Assembly: GCA_046582595.1 (NCBI GenBank)
Contig: JAYGEB010000363.1
Span: 1 to 34,991 of the forward strand
Length of the DNA: 34,991 bases
From: Alphaproteobacteria bacterium
Lineage (GTDB): Bacteria; Pseudomonadota; Alphaproteobacteria; GCA-2731375
Direction: 5' to 3'
In this document: piece by piece, positions 9,463-18,780 of the stretch
Numbering within the stretch: position 1 is the stretch's first letter
How the letters are laid out: each line of letters opens with the position of its first letter
Position numbers and translations under genes: made by a program
The notes under the pieces: generated by a model
The model's database searches: none
The model's input: the letters and a program-made list of their open reading frames with translations, nothing else
What the model was told of the DNA's origin: nothing

Positions 9463-10359
9463 GTGCAAGAACTGATCGTCATCCTGATCGACGGTTTGGT
9501 TTTTTCATCCTACCTGTTCATGGTCTCCGTCGGGTTGACCGTGATCTTTGGCGTGATGAAGATATTGAATGTTGCCCATGGATCATTTTACGCTTTTGGC
9601 GCCTATATGTCGGCAACCCTAATCGGTGCCTACTACAATACCGATTTGCCGGAATTTGGCGGCTTCCTGGCCATTTTCGTGGCGGCAATAATCGTCGGCG
9701 TGTTCTTGGGCATCGTCCTGGAGCGGGGTCTGCTGCGTTTCCTGTATCATCGGGACGAGCATATTATCGTTCTGGCGACTTTCGCAATGTTCCTGGTCCT
9801 GGAAGATGTCCTGTTGATGATCTGGGGCACCGATCCCTATTACGCCTATGAACCCATGGCGCTGCTGGGGGCCGTGGATATCGTCGAACTGACCTTTGAT
9901 GTCTACAGCCTGACCCTGATCGGCCTGGCCGTCATCGTCGGCCTGGGTTTGTGGCTCGGCCTGACCAAGACCAAATGGGGAAAATTGCTGCTGGCGGTTA
10001 TTTTCGACCGGGAAATCAGCCAAGCCATGGGCATAAACGTGACCGTCGTCTTCACGGTGACATTCGTTGTCGGCGCCATCATGGGGGCCTTGGGCGGGGC
10101 CTATATCGCGCCCACCATCTCGGTGTCGCCCGGCATCGGGGTGGAGGTCATCATATTGTCCTTCGCCGTCGTGGTGATCGGCGGCATGGGCTCCATTCCC
10201 GGCGCCATGATCGGCTCCTTGCTGGTTGGCATCAGCCGGGCCGCGGCCGTGCATAAATTCCCGGAGATCGAACTATTCGTGATCTACGCCATCATGGCGC
10301 TCGTTCTGGCGATCCGGCCCGAAGGCCTGTTCGCACCCGCAAAGGCCAGGAAAATCTGA
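9463..10359 (+). CDS. Branched-chain amino acid-type ABC permease (LivH-like)
   Basis: GLTVIFGVMKILNVAHG and VVVIGGMGSIPG motifs. Confidence 0.9.
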   Translation: MQELIVILIDGLVFSSYLFMVSVGLTVIFGVMKILNVAHGSFYAFGAYMSATLIGAYYNTDLPEFGGFLAIFVAAIIVGVFLGIVLERGLLRFLYHRDEHIIVLATFAMFLVLEDVLLMIWGTDPYYAYEPMALLGAVDIVELTFDVYSLTLIGLAVIVGLGLWLGLTKTKWGKLLLAVIFDREISQAMGINVTVVFTVTFVVGAIMGALGGAYIAPTISVSPGIGVEVIILSFAVVVIGGMGSIPGAMIGSLLVGISRAAAVHKFPEIELFVIYAIMALVLAIRPEGLFAPAKARKI

Positions 10360-11315
10360 TGCGATATGTAGATAAAACCGTCGTCGGGCTGTCCATTGCC
10401 TTCGTGGTCCTGGTCTTCGCCGACTTTTTCATGGCGGATTGGATGCGTTTCATCGGCCTGCAAAGCCTCGCCCGCGGCGCCGTCGCCCTGGGACTTTTGG
10501 TGTTGTGGCGCACGGGTCTGGTATCTTTCGGCCATGCGCTGTATTTCGGTTTCGGCGCCTACGCGGCGGCGATGTTGACCTTGATCGGCTTTCACGACGC
10601 CTTTTTCCTGGTCTTCGCCGGTACCTTGGCGGCCGGCATTCTGGCTTATTTGCTGGGATTCTTGCTCCGCCGCTACCGGGCGATCTTTTTCGCCCTGTTG
10701 AACCTGGCTTTTTCCATGATCCTTTACGGCGTCATCGTGAAGACCGAGGAACTGGGCAGCACCGATGGTTTTTCGGTTCTGACGCCGACCTTTTTGGGCT
10801 ATGCGCCCAAGGGCGAGGCGGTGCAGACGACCCTGTTCCTCTTTACCCTGGTTTTCACCTACATCGTGACCGTCGGCGTACATCTGTACTTGAAGACAAC
10901 CCTGGGCGGCATGTCCATGGCGGTGCGAGAGAACGAGATCCGGGTGGAATATCTCGGCTATTCGGCCGAAAAAGTGATCCATGTGAAATATGTCTTCTCG
11001 GGCCTGGTGGCGGGATTTGGCGGCGCCATCATGGCCCTGGCCATTGGCCAGGTCGACCCGGATTCCATGGCCAACTGGACGGTTTCCGGTGAATTTGTCT
11101 TCATTACCATTCTTTCCGGCATCGGCAACGTGGCCGCCACCTTTATCGGCGCCCTGGTGTTTGAGTTGATCCGCACCTACGCCTTTGAATACGCACCGCA
11201 ATTCTGGCAGTTCATCCTGGGCGGCAGCCTGTTGGCGATCATCATGTTCCTGCCCGATGGCATCTGGTCCCTGTTCTCGCGCCTACGCGGCTCCGGCAAG
11301 GCGCCCACCCCATGA
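10359..11315 (+). CDS. Branched-chain amino acid-type ABC permease (LivM-like)
   Basis: TGLVSFGHALYFGFGAY, AVRENE and PDGI motifs; TGATG overlap with the upstream gene. Confidence 0.9.
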   Translation: MRYVDKTVVGLSIAFVVLVFADFFMADWMRFIGLQSLARGAVALGLLVLWRTGLVSFGHALYFGFGAYAAAMLTLIGFHDAFFLVFAGTLAAGILAYLLGFLLRRYRAIFFALLNLAFSMILYGVIVKTEELGSTDGFSVLTPTFLGYAPKGEAVQTTLFLFTLVFTYIVTVGVHLYLKTTLGGMSMAVRENEIRVEYLGYSAEKVIHVKYVFSGLVAGFGGAIMALAIGQVDPDSMANWTVSGEFVFITILSGIGNVAATFIGALVFELIRTYAFEYAPQFWQFILGGSLLAIIMFLPDGIWSLFSRLRGSGKAPTP

Positions 11316-12112
11316 CCGCCGTTCTGGAAGTTCACGATCTGCAAAAATCCTTCGGCGCCGTGGTCGCCGCCAAGGATATCAACGTCACCGTCGATCAACA
11401 TGAGGTCATCGGCATTATCGGCGCCAATGGGGCCGGCAAGACAACCTTCATCAATATGGTCACGGGATATATGAAACCCACATCGGGGCGGATCGAATTC
11501 AAGGGCCGCTCCATTCTGGGGCTGCCGCCGCGGGACATCACCTGCCTGGGCATATCCCGCTCGTTTCAGGTACCCCAGATATTTGCCTCCGAGAGCGTGT
11601 TCGACAATCTGATGATGGCCTATGCCATTTCGGAGGAAACCGGCCTGGGTTTGCTGGCGCCGCTTTACAACGACGAACGCGCCGAGAGGGTGGATAGCCA
11701 TTTGCAGCGCTATCAGATCGCCGCGTACCGCGACGCCACGGCCTCGACCCTGCCTCAGGGCATCCGCAAATTGCTCGATATCGCCATGGCGGCGGTCCGC
11801 CGGCCGACCCTTTTGATGTTGGATGAACTGACCTCGGGTATTTCGGTGGAGGAGAAATTCGGCCTGATGGATGTCATCATGAAGGCCCTGCGCGAAGATG
11901 AAACCACGGTGTTGTTTATAGAGCATGACATGGAAATCGTCGAACGCTATGTCGGCCGGGTTTTGGCATTTTATCAGGGCGAGATCATTTGCGATGCGCC
12001 GACCGCCGAGGCCTTGGTGGATCCCGGCGTTCGCGAGTTTGTCATTGGCGAGGAATATCACCGCACCCGCACCGCCAACGCTGGCGTGAATGGGGGGAAC
12101 GATAATGCTTAA
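11312..12112 (+). CDS. ABC ATP-binding protein (LivG-like)
   Basis: Walker A GANGAGKTT, RSFQ, Walker B LMLDE, IEHDM. Confidence 0.9.
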   Translation: MTAVLEVHDLQKSFGAVVAAKDINVTVDQHEVIGIIGANGAGKTTFINMVTGYMKPTSGRIEFKGRSILGLPPRDITCLGISRSFQVPQIFASESVFDNLMMAYAISEETGLGLLAPLYNDERAERVDSHLQRYQIAAYRDATASTLPQGIRKLLDIAMAAVRRPTLLMLDELTSGISVEEKFGLMDVIMKALREDETTVLFIEHDMEIVERYVGRVLAFYQGEIICDAPTAEALVDPGVREFVIGEEYHRTRTANAGVNGGNDNA

Positions 12113-12749
12113 AGTCAGCGGCCTGGACGTCAACATCGGCCCGGCGCCCATTCTGCGCGGCCTGAGCCTGGAAGTACCCGCCGGGACCATGTGCGGTCTG
12201 ATCGGGCGCAACGGCGCCGGCAAGACAACCTTTCTGCGCGCCGTCATGGGCGCCCTGGCGGCGAAAGCCGGCGAAATGACATTCGATCAACAGGATCTGC
12301 TGAAAACCCAGCCCTACAAGCGGGCCCACATGGGGATCGGCTTCATGCCGGAAGACCGCCGTTTGGTGCCGACCCTGACGGCGGAGGAAAATATTCTGCT
12401 GCCGGCCTGGGCCACGGACATGAAGGATTGTCGGAACCGGCTGGATTGGATTTATGGCCTGATGCCCGAAGTGGCCGAGTTCCGCAAGCGCGGTTCCATG
12501 GAATTGTCCGGCGGGCAGCAAAAATTCGTCGCCTTCGCCCGCGCCCTGATGATCGGCACGCGGCTTTTGCTGCTGGACGAACCCAGCGAAGGGATCGCGC
12601 CGATCTTTGCCCAGCGCATGAGCGAGATCATGAAAATCCTGAAGGACGAAGGTGAATCGGTACTCGTCGCGGAGTCCAACGATACCCACGTGGCCGGCTT
12701 GCTGGACCGCGTTTTCGTGATCGAACGCGGCAGCATCGTCTCCGGGTAA
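12105..12749 (+). CDS. ABC ATP-binding protein (LivF-like)
   Basis: GRNGAGKTT, PEDRR, LSGGQQ, LLLDEPSEG. Confidence 0.9.
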   Translation: MLKVSGLDVNIGPAPILRGLSLEVPAGTMCGLIGRNGAGKTTFLRAVMGALAAKAGEMTFDQQDLLKTQPYKRAHMGIGFMPEDRRLVPTLTAEENILLPAWATDMKDCRNRLDWIYGLMPEVAEFRKRGSMELSGGQQKFVAFARALMIGTRLLLLDEPSEGIAPIFAQRMSEIMKILKDEGESVLVAESNDTHVAGLLDRVFVIERGSIVSG

Positions 12750-12848
12750 TCTGGATTAGCCGGGGCCAACGCACTATAATCCGCCCGCCCATTACGAGGC
12801 CCGCGACGGCTCGTTCCGTTTACTCTGAATACCGGCAGGAGGCATGAT

Positions 12849-13808
12849 ATGAGCGTTTTTGACAGCCGGCCCATCGACGGCGTGATACCCGCCACCTTGC
12901 TGGCCTTCGGCACCGACCTGGAAATCGACGAAGCGGCCTCACGCCGCCATTTGCGCGATGTCGCCGCGACCGACGGCCTCGGCGCGATCACCGTGAACGG
13001 CCACGCTTCCGAGGTTCATGCCTGCAGCTTCGAGGAACAACGGCGGATTCTGGATTTCTGCCTCGAAGAACTAGACGGCCGCCTGCCCCTGATCAACGGC
13101 ATCTATGCCGACGGCAGCCTGGAAGCCGCCCGTCTGGCCCGCATGGCGGAGGCGGGAGGCGCCCAGGCGCTTTTGATCTTTCCCCCCAACAGCATGATCA
13201 TGGGCGGCCAGTTACGCCCTGAAATGGCGCTGACCCATTTTAAAATCATTGCGGAGGCCACCAATCTGCCCCTGATCGTCTTCCAATATCCACAGATTAG
13301 CGGCCAGGGCTATCCTTTCGAAACGCTATTGCGCTTGATCGAGGCCGTACCCTCGATCAAAGCCATCAAGGATTGGTCGAACGACGCCATGCTGCACGAG
13401 AAGCATATCCGTAGCCTGCAAGCGGGCGCCGGGGGCCGGGCCATCACCGTGCTCACGACCCATTCGTCCTGGCTCATGGCCTCGCTCAGCATGGGCGCCA
13501 AGGGCCTGCTGTCGGGCGCGGGCAGCGTAATCCCGGAATTGCATGTGGCCCTGTTCAGGGCGGTAAAAGCCGGCGATCTGGTGGCCGCACAAGCCATCAA
13601 TGACCGCATTTATCCCCTGGCCCAGGCCTTCTACACCCCGCCCTTCCTGGATATGCACAACCGCATGAAGGAATGTCTGGTGCTGTTGGGCCGTCAGGAC
13701 CGGGCCGTGGTGCGGCCGCCGCTGATGAAGCTGCCGGATGGCGAAATCAAACGCCTGCGCCAGGCACTGGATGCCGCCGGGTTGTTGGCCAGCGCGGCCG
13801 CCGAATAG
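12849..13808 (+). CDS. Dihydrodipicolinate synthase (DapA/NanA) family class I aldolase/dehydratase, not canonical DapA
   Basis: TIM-barrel motifs NGHASE (in place of GTTGE), IVFQYP, AIKDWS Schiff-base Lys and VRPPL; AGGAGG RBS. Confidence 0.85.
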   Translation: MSVFDSRPIDGVIPATLLAFGTDLEIDEAASRRHLRDVAATDGLGAITVNGHASEVHACSFEEQRRILDFCLEELDGRLPLINGIYADGSLEAARLARMAEAGGAQALLIFPPNSMIMGGQLRPEMALTHFKIIAEATNLPLIVFQYPQISGQGYPFETLLRLIEAVPSIKAIKDWSNDAMLHEKHIRSLQAGAGGRAITVLTTHSSWLMASLSMGAKGLLSGAGSVIPELHVALFRAVKAGDLVAAQAINDRIYPLAQAFYTPPFLDMHNRMKECLVLLGRQDRAVVRPPLMKLPDGEIKRLRQALDAAGLLASAAAE

Positions 13809-13815
13809 TTACGGA

Positions 13816-14247
13816 CTAGGCAGTGGAGATATATTGCCGCATGGCGGTGGCTTCGGTCTCTATTTCCTCCATGCGGAATTTGACGACATCGCCGATTGAG
13901 ATAATTCCCAACAACTGATTGTCTTGCATGACCGGCAAATGGCGGAACCGGCGCTCCGTCATGATCGCCATAATCTTATCGATATCATCTCCCGGCGCGC
14001 AAAATACCACGTCACGGGTCATCAATTCCGCCACGCCCGTCTCCAGGCAGCGGGGCCCCAGATCGGCTAGGCCACGCACGATATCCCGTTCCGAAAGCAC
14101 CCCTCGGACAAAGCCATCCTGGTCCCGCACCAGGATCGCGCCGATCCGGTTTTCACTCAATATACCCACCGCCCGGCCAATGGTTTCGTTGACCGTGACC
14201 GAAATTACGTCGTTACCCTTCAAGGCAAGAATTTGTTCTACATGCAT
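13816..14247 (-). CDS. CBS-domain pair protein
   Basis: RIGAILV, GVLSERDIV, RFRHLPV, GIISIGDVVK; GGAG RBS before ATG at 14247. Confidence 0.9.
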   Translation of the reverse strand: MHVEQILALKGNDVISVTVNETIGRAVGILSENRIGAILVRDQDGFVRGVLSERDIVRGLADLGPRCLETGVAELMTRDVVFCAPGDDIDKIMAIMTERRFRHLPVMQDNQLLGIISIGDVVKFRMEEIETEATAMRQYISTA

Positions 14248-14511
14248 ACCAATCTCCAACACGTCATTTTTTCGATACCGCTTTAATTTACATAATGCAT
14301 TCTGCGGCAAAGACAAATGGCATGCAAGTATGATCATATGCAACGAAAATGGGGCGCCGCCGGGCCATTCGCGCCCGCGGCGGCAAACTCAGGGCAAACG
14401 AAATATTAATCCCTCCGCGCCACTATTTCATCATAGCCAAAGGTCATGTCCGATCTTTGGCGGATATTTTCGCCGTGCGCGCGAGGGAAGCTTACCAGGG
14501 AAGACGGACCG

Positions 14512-15507
14512 ATGAGTATGAACAGCGAAGCGATCGAGATGGACTTGGACGCACTGCAAAATGACCGGGCCCTCGATGAGGTTGGCTTTGCCGACGACGA
14601 CGCTGAAAACCGGCGGGAATTATCCCACAGTGAATATGACACCTTGGAAGAAGCCGTCATGCAGACGGCGCGGGGGCGGACATTTTTGCGCGAACACGCT
14701 CGGCGCAACCGGGCCGTTGCCTCGGATCTGGTGATGCGGGCACTGGACGACTGCCGCGGCTATTTCCAACGCCAGGAGATGAAGCAACCGGCGGATATTC
14801 TGGCGGCGGAACTGCAGGATATGAGCGACGCCATCAAGCATACTCGGCGCGACATCGCGGCCATAAGGCCCAAGGACGGCGCCAACAACCGTATCATGGC
14901 GGCGACCGAGGATTTGGACGCCATCGTCACGGCGACGGAACGGGCCACCAACGATATTCTGTCGGCCGCGGAACGCATTCAGGAAACCTCCGAAATTTTG
15001 CGCGAGAACGGTTCCGAAGCCGACCTCTTGGATTCGCTCGAAGAGGATATCACGAATATCTTCCTGGCTTGCTCGTTCCAGGACATCACCGGTCAACGCA
15101 CCACCAAGGTCGTCAACGCCTTGCATTATCTGGAACAACGGGTCGGCGCGATGATCGAAATATGGGGTTCGGAAAGCCTGCGCCACGGCGAGGAAGGCGA
15201 TTTCGGCCCCGTCACGGCGGCTGATGACCATCCCGAATCCGGCCTGCTGAATGGCCCGCAATTGGAAGGCCAGGGCGTGGACCAGGCGGACATCGACCAA
15301 TTGTTGAATGACGACGTTGAGCAAATCAAAAGCGAGGCGGAAGCCGACGGCGATACCGGCGATCCGACGGGTGGCATTGAATTCGATGCCGTTCCGGCAG
15401 CCACGGCAGATGGCGCCGACGATCTGGATTTCGACGGCGAGGACGATTTTTCAGGCCTGTCGGAAGAAGCCGACGCCGATACCATCGACGTTATTTTCAA
15501 TTCATAA
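14512..15507 (+). CDS. cheZ: Alphaproteobacterial CheZ-like phosphatase
   Basis: LDAIVTATERATNDIL, ACSFQDITGQR catalytic motif, LLNGPQ...DQADID and an acidic tail ending DTIDVIF. Confidence 0.8.
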   Translation: MSMNSEAIEMDLDALQNDRALDEVGFADDDAENRRELSHSEYDTLEEAVMQTARGRTFLREHARRNRAVASDLVMRALDDCRGYFQRQEMKQPADILAAELQDMSDAIKHTRRDIAAIRPKDGANNRIMAATEDLDAIVTATERATNDILSAAERIQETSEILRENGSEADLLDSLEEDITNIFLACSFQDITGQRTTKVVNALHYLEQRVGAMIEIWGSESLRHGEEGDFGPVTAADDHPESGLLNGPQLEGQGVDQADIDQLLNDDVEQIKSEAEADGDTGDPTGGIEFDAVPAATADGADDLDFDGEDDFSGLSEEADADTIDVIFNS

Positions 15508-15650
15508 CGGAATCTCTTAATACGGTTACGAAATAACGAACGCAAATTTCAACGGCAGAAAACCACCGGTTTCCGCCAATAAAAATAGAAACTACGTCGC
15601 CGCAAAAAGCCATTAGGAATATAATTTCTTGAGGCCAGGCCGCCCGTCCG

Positions 15651-15896
15651 TCAATCGAGTCCCAGCAGTTCGTCGACATTTTCCGGGCCCAGGTCGGGGC
15701 CGTATAGCAAAACATCGCCTACCTGCAGCACCGGGGAGGAGCGGATGTTGCGGCTTTCGATGAAGGCTGCGGCGGCCTCGTCCATCATCAAGTCCTTGGC
15801 CACGAATTCCACGTCATGAGCGCGTAAATAGCCCTTCAACTGTTCACACGGCCGGCAAAGCGGCGTGGAATAGACAATCACTGATTTGTCGGCCAC
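15651..15896 (-). CDS. Glutaredoxin/NrdH-like redoxin
   Basis: VYSTPLCRPC CxxC motif, SSPVL cis-Pro loop; GTG start 1 nt after the upstream stop. Confidence 0.85.
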   Translation of the reverse strand: MADKSVIVYSTPLCRPCEQLKGYLRAHDVEFVAKDLMMDEAAAAFIESRNIRSSPVLQVGDVLLYGPDLGPENVDELLGLD

Positions 15897-15897
15897 C

Positions 15898-16779
15898 TCA
15901 GAGGCTCCCTTCTTCCTTCAACTTGCGGTACAAGGCCTTTTTCTCCAACCAGGCGTTCTTGACCTCTTCCGTCTGCCAGGGTTGCTCCTCGGTGAAGACC
16001 TTGGCTTTCCAGTCCTCCCCCTTGGACCACTTGAACGGGGTCTGGACCGTGGTTCGCGGCGCCGTGGCGCTGTCCAATAGATCCAGGGCCATGGCAATGA
16101 TCTTACGCTGTTGTGCTTCGGCGCCGGGCTCGCCGCAGGGATTGCCCAAGGGAAAGTCCGTAAACAGCAAACGGGGCACGCCGCAAGTCTCGACAATGTC
16201 ACGGGCGCCGGCGACGACGACCGTCGGAATGCCGTTTTCTTCCAGGTAACGGGCGACCAGACTCACGGTCTGGTGGCAAACCGGTCAGACCGGAACCAAA
16301 AGGGCAATATCGACGCCGTCTTCGCGGCACCGCGCCAGCACCTCCGGCGCATCGGTCCCCGTCGTCTTTTGCTGGGAATAGGCGTTGTAAACGCCAAAGG
16401 CCCGGGGGGAAAGAGCGCCTATCCGCCCCGCCTCCGATAATTCCCGCAGCCGGGTCATCGGGAAAAAAGTATTCACGTCATCCAAGGTCGTCGCGTTCAT
16501 GTCGTAGCTATGGGTGCGGCTGTAGAGATCCTCCAGCGGCATATCCGTGGCCACGGCGTAAACATTGGCGGCTTCCCCCCGCTCCAACGGCAGGCGCTGA
16601 TCTTCCCAGGCGCGGGAGGCGATTTCCGACGTTGAGATCAAGGCCAGCCGGCTCTCCGCCAGCGGTTTTTTCAGCGGCGCGAAGGGCACATCATCAAATT
16701 GCGCCCATTGATACGGCTTGTCGTAACCCTGGGTCTGATAATAGGCCGTGGTTTTGTCGATATAGCGTACATAACTCAA
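15898..16779 (-). CDS. PrdB/GrdB-like (glycine/betaine/sarcosine/D-proline reductase selenoprotein B family) selenoprotein, 293 aa, Sec at TGA 16285-16287
   Basis: The two ORF-track fragments are in frame across one TGA: LLVPV-U-PVCHQTVSLVARYLEENGIPTV. Family motifs PLKKPLAESRLALIST, DVNTFFPMTRLREL and FPLGNP; TTG start with GGAGGA RBS. Confidence 0.9.
16256..16274 (-). promoter_or_regulatory. Bacterial SECIS element
   Basis: ACCAGAC-CGUGA-GUCUGGU, a 7-bp stem starting 11 nt 3' of the UGA, with G at the second loop position. Confidence 0.8.
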
Positions 16780-16857
16780 AACGCGTTCCTCCAGAATGAT
16801 GGCCGCCCATTAGACCACGTTCGAGCCGCGCGGCGCCAGGGCGGTTGATGGAATTAC

Positions 16858-18729
16858 TTACTCCGCGGCATCCTTGGCCAGAAATCCGCCCGACTGCCGT
16901 GACCATAAATCGGCATAAAGGCCGCCACGCTGCAGCAGCGTTTGATGATTGCCCTGTTCCACGATACGGCCCCGGTCCATGATGATCAGCCGGTCCATGG
17001 CGGCGATGGTGGAGAGGCGATGGGCAATGGCGATCACCGTCTTGCCAGCCATCAAGGTTTGAAAGCTTTCCTGAATGGCCGCTTCCACTTCAGAATCCAG
17101 GGCCGATGTCGCCTCGTCCAAAATCAAGATCGGCGCATCCTTCAAAAGCACCCGGGCGATGGCGATACGCTGGCGCTGACCGCCCGATAGTTTAACGCCG
17201 CGTTCCCCCACATGGGCCTCCAGGCCGCGCCGGCCCTGGCCGTCTTCAAGCTCCAGGATGAAATCATCGGCTTTCGCCGCCTTCGCCGCCGCCCAGACCT
17301 GGGCTTCGCTGGCGCCGGGTTTTGAATAGGCGATATTGTCGAACACCGAACGATGCAGCAGCGAGGTATCCTGTGTCACCATGCCGATTTGGGCCCGCAG
17401 ACTGTCCTGGGTGACGGTGGAAATGTCCTGGCCGTCGATCAGGATGCGTCCGTCTTCCAGGTCGTAAAAGCGTAGCAACAGGCTGACAAGAGTGGATTTT
17501 CCCGCCCCCGACCGCCCGACGATGCCGACCTTTTCGCCCGGCCGAATATCCAGATCCAGGCCGCCGATCACCCCCTGCTCAACATCCGCCCGCGCCTTGC
17601 CGTAGTTGAAATTGATATGGTCGTAGCGGATGCCGCCCGCCGCCACCACCAATTCCTCGGCATCCGGATCGTCCTCGATGGCCCGCTCGCGGGCGATGGT
17701 TTCCACGCCGTCCATCACCACGCCAATATTCTCGAACACATTGGATACTTCCCACATGATCCATTGGGACATGCCTTGCAGGCGCAAGACCAGCCCGGTG
17801 GCCAAGGCGATGGCGCCGACGCCAACCGCGTCCTGGTACCACAGCCAGACCGACATGCCGGCGATAGAGAAAATCAACGCCGCGTTCATCAGGTTCAGGG
17901 TTACGGTCAGCAGGGTTGAAAGCCGCATTTGGGCGTGCACCGGCGCCAGAAACGCCTGCATCCCCTCGCGGGCGTAGCCGTCTTCGTAGGCCGCATGCGC
18001 GAACATCTTCACGGTGCCGATGTTGGTATAGCTGTCCACCACGCGGCCCGTGACCACCGAGCGCGCCTCGGCTTGGGCCTTGGACCAATCCCTGAGGCGA
18101 GGCACGAAATAGCGCATGGCGATCAGGTATCCGACAAGCCAGAAAATCATGGGCGCCGTCAACCGTATATCGGAACTGGCGAACAGCACCACGGCGGCGG
18201 TGAAATACACCACCACATAAAGCAGCACCTCGGTCAGTTTCATGACGATGTCACGCACCGCCAGGGCGGTCTGCATCATCTTCGCGGCCACCCGCCCGGC
18301 AAAATCGTCCTGATAGAATTCCATGCTCTGGCGCAGCAGATAGCGGTGCGCCTGCCAGCGGGTGCGCATGGCGAAATTGCCCAGCAGGCCCTGATGGGAA
18401 ACCGCTTCATAGAAGAATTTCAGGACCGGCAGGAGCAATAGGACCACCGCCCCCATGATTATCAACTGGCCGCCGTGATCGTCCCAAAAGGTTGCCCGGG
18501 TGGAGGTCGCCAGCCAGTCCACCAAACGGCCGATAAAGGCGAACAGGGACACTTCCAACAACGCGATCACGGTCGCGAACAGGGCCGAGGTTGCCAGCAG
18601 AGGCCAAAACGGCTTGGCGTAATGCAGGGTAAAGGCAACCAGGGAAGCGGGCGGCATTTCCGGCTGCGCGCTGGGCAGCGGATCGGTCATTCTCTCCAGC
18701 CAGCCAAAAAATCTGCTGATCACGGCCAT
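16858..18729 (-). CDS. ABC exporter, fused permease/ATPase (MsbA/MdlB-like)
   Basis: N-terminal TM domain, GRSGAGKST, LSGGQRQR, ILILDEATSALD, IAHRLST. Start at 18729 (ATG) or 18723 (GTG). Confidence 0.92.
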   Translation of the reverse strand: MAVISRFFGWLERMTDPLPSAQPEMPPASLVAFTLHYAKPFWPLLATSALFATVIALLEVSLFAFIGRLVDWLATSTRATFWDDHGGQLIIMGAVVLLLLPVLKFFYEAVSHQGLLGNFAMRTRWQAHRYLLRQSMEFYQDDFAGRVAAKMMQTALAVRDIVMKLTEVLLYVVVYFTAAVVLFASSDIRLTAPMIFWLVGYLIAMRYFVPRLRDWSKAQAEARSVVTGRVVDSYTNIGTVKMFAHAAYEDGYAREGMQAFLAPVHAQMRLSTLLTVTLNLMNAALIFSIAGMSVWLWYQDAVGVGAIALATGLVLRLQGMSQWIMWEVSNVFENIGVVMDGVETIARERAIEDDPDAEELVVAAGGIRYDHINFNYGKARADVEQGVIGGLDLDIRPGEKVGIVGRSGAGKSTLVSLLLRFYDLEDGRILIDGQDISTVTQDSLRAQIGMVTQDTSLLHRSVFDNIAYSKPGASEAQVWAAAKAAKADDFILELEDGQGRRGLEAHVGERGVKLSGGQRQRIAIARVLLKDAPILILDEATSALDSEVEAAIQESFQTLMAGKTVIAIAHRLSTIAAMDRLIIMDRGRIVEQGNHQTLLQRGGLYADLWSRQSGGFLAKDAAE

Positions 18730-18780
18730 TCGCTCCGGGAACAAAGTTCGCTGTTCAGCGGGGGCAATCTCGAAATGGGT

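Noticed and set aside
15508-15650. AT-rich gap between convergent cheZ and glutaredoxin genes with a weak hairpin
   Set aside because: Stem is imperfect and no RNA family is recognisable; at most a weak terminator.
15898-16266. Separate 122-aa CDS
   Set aside because: It is the C-terminal half of the selenoprotein; its apparent GTG start lies in the SECIS loop.
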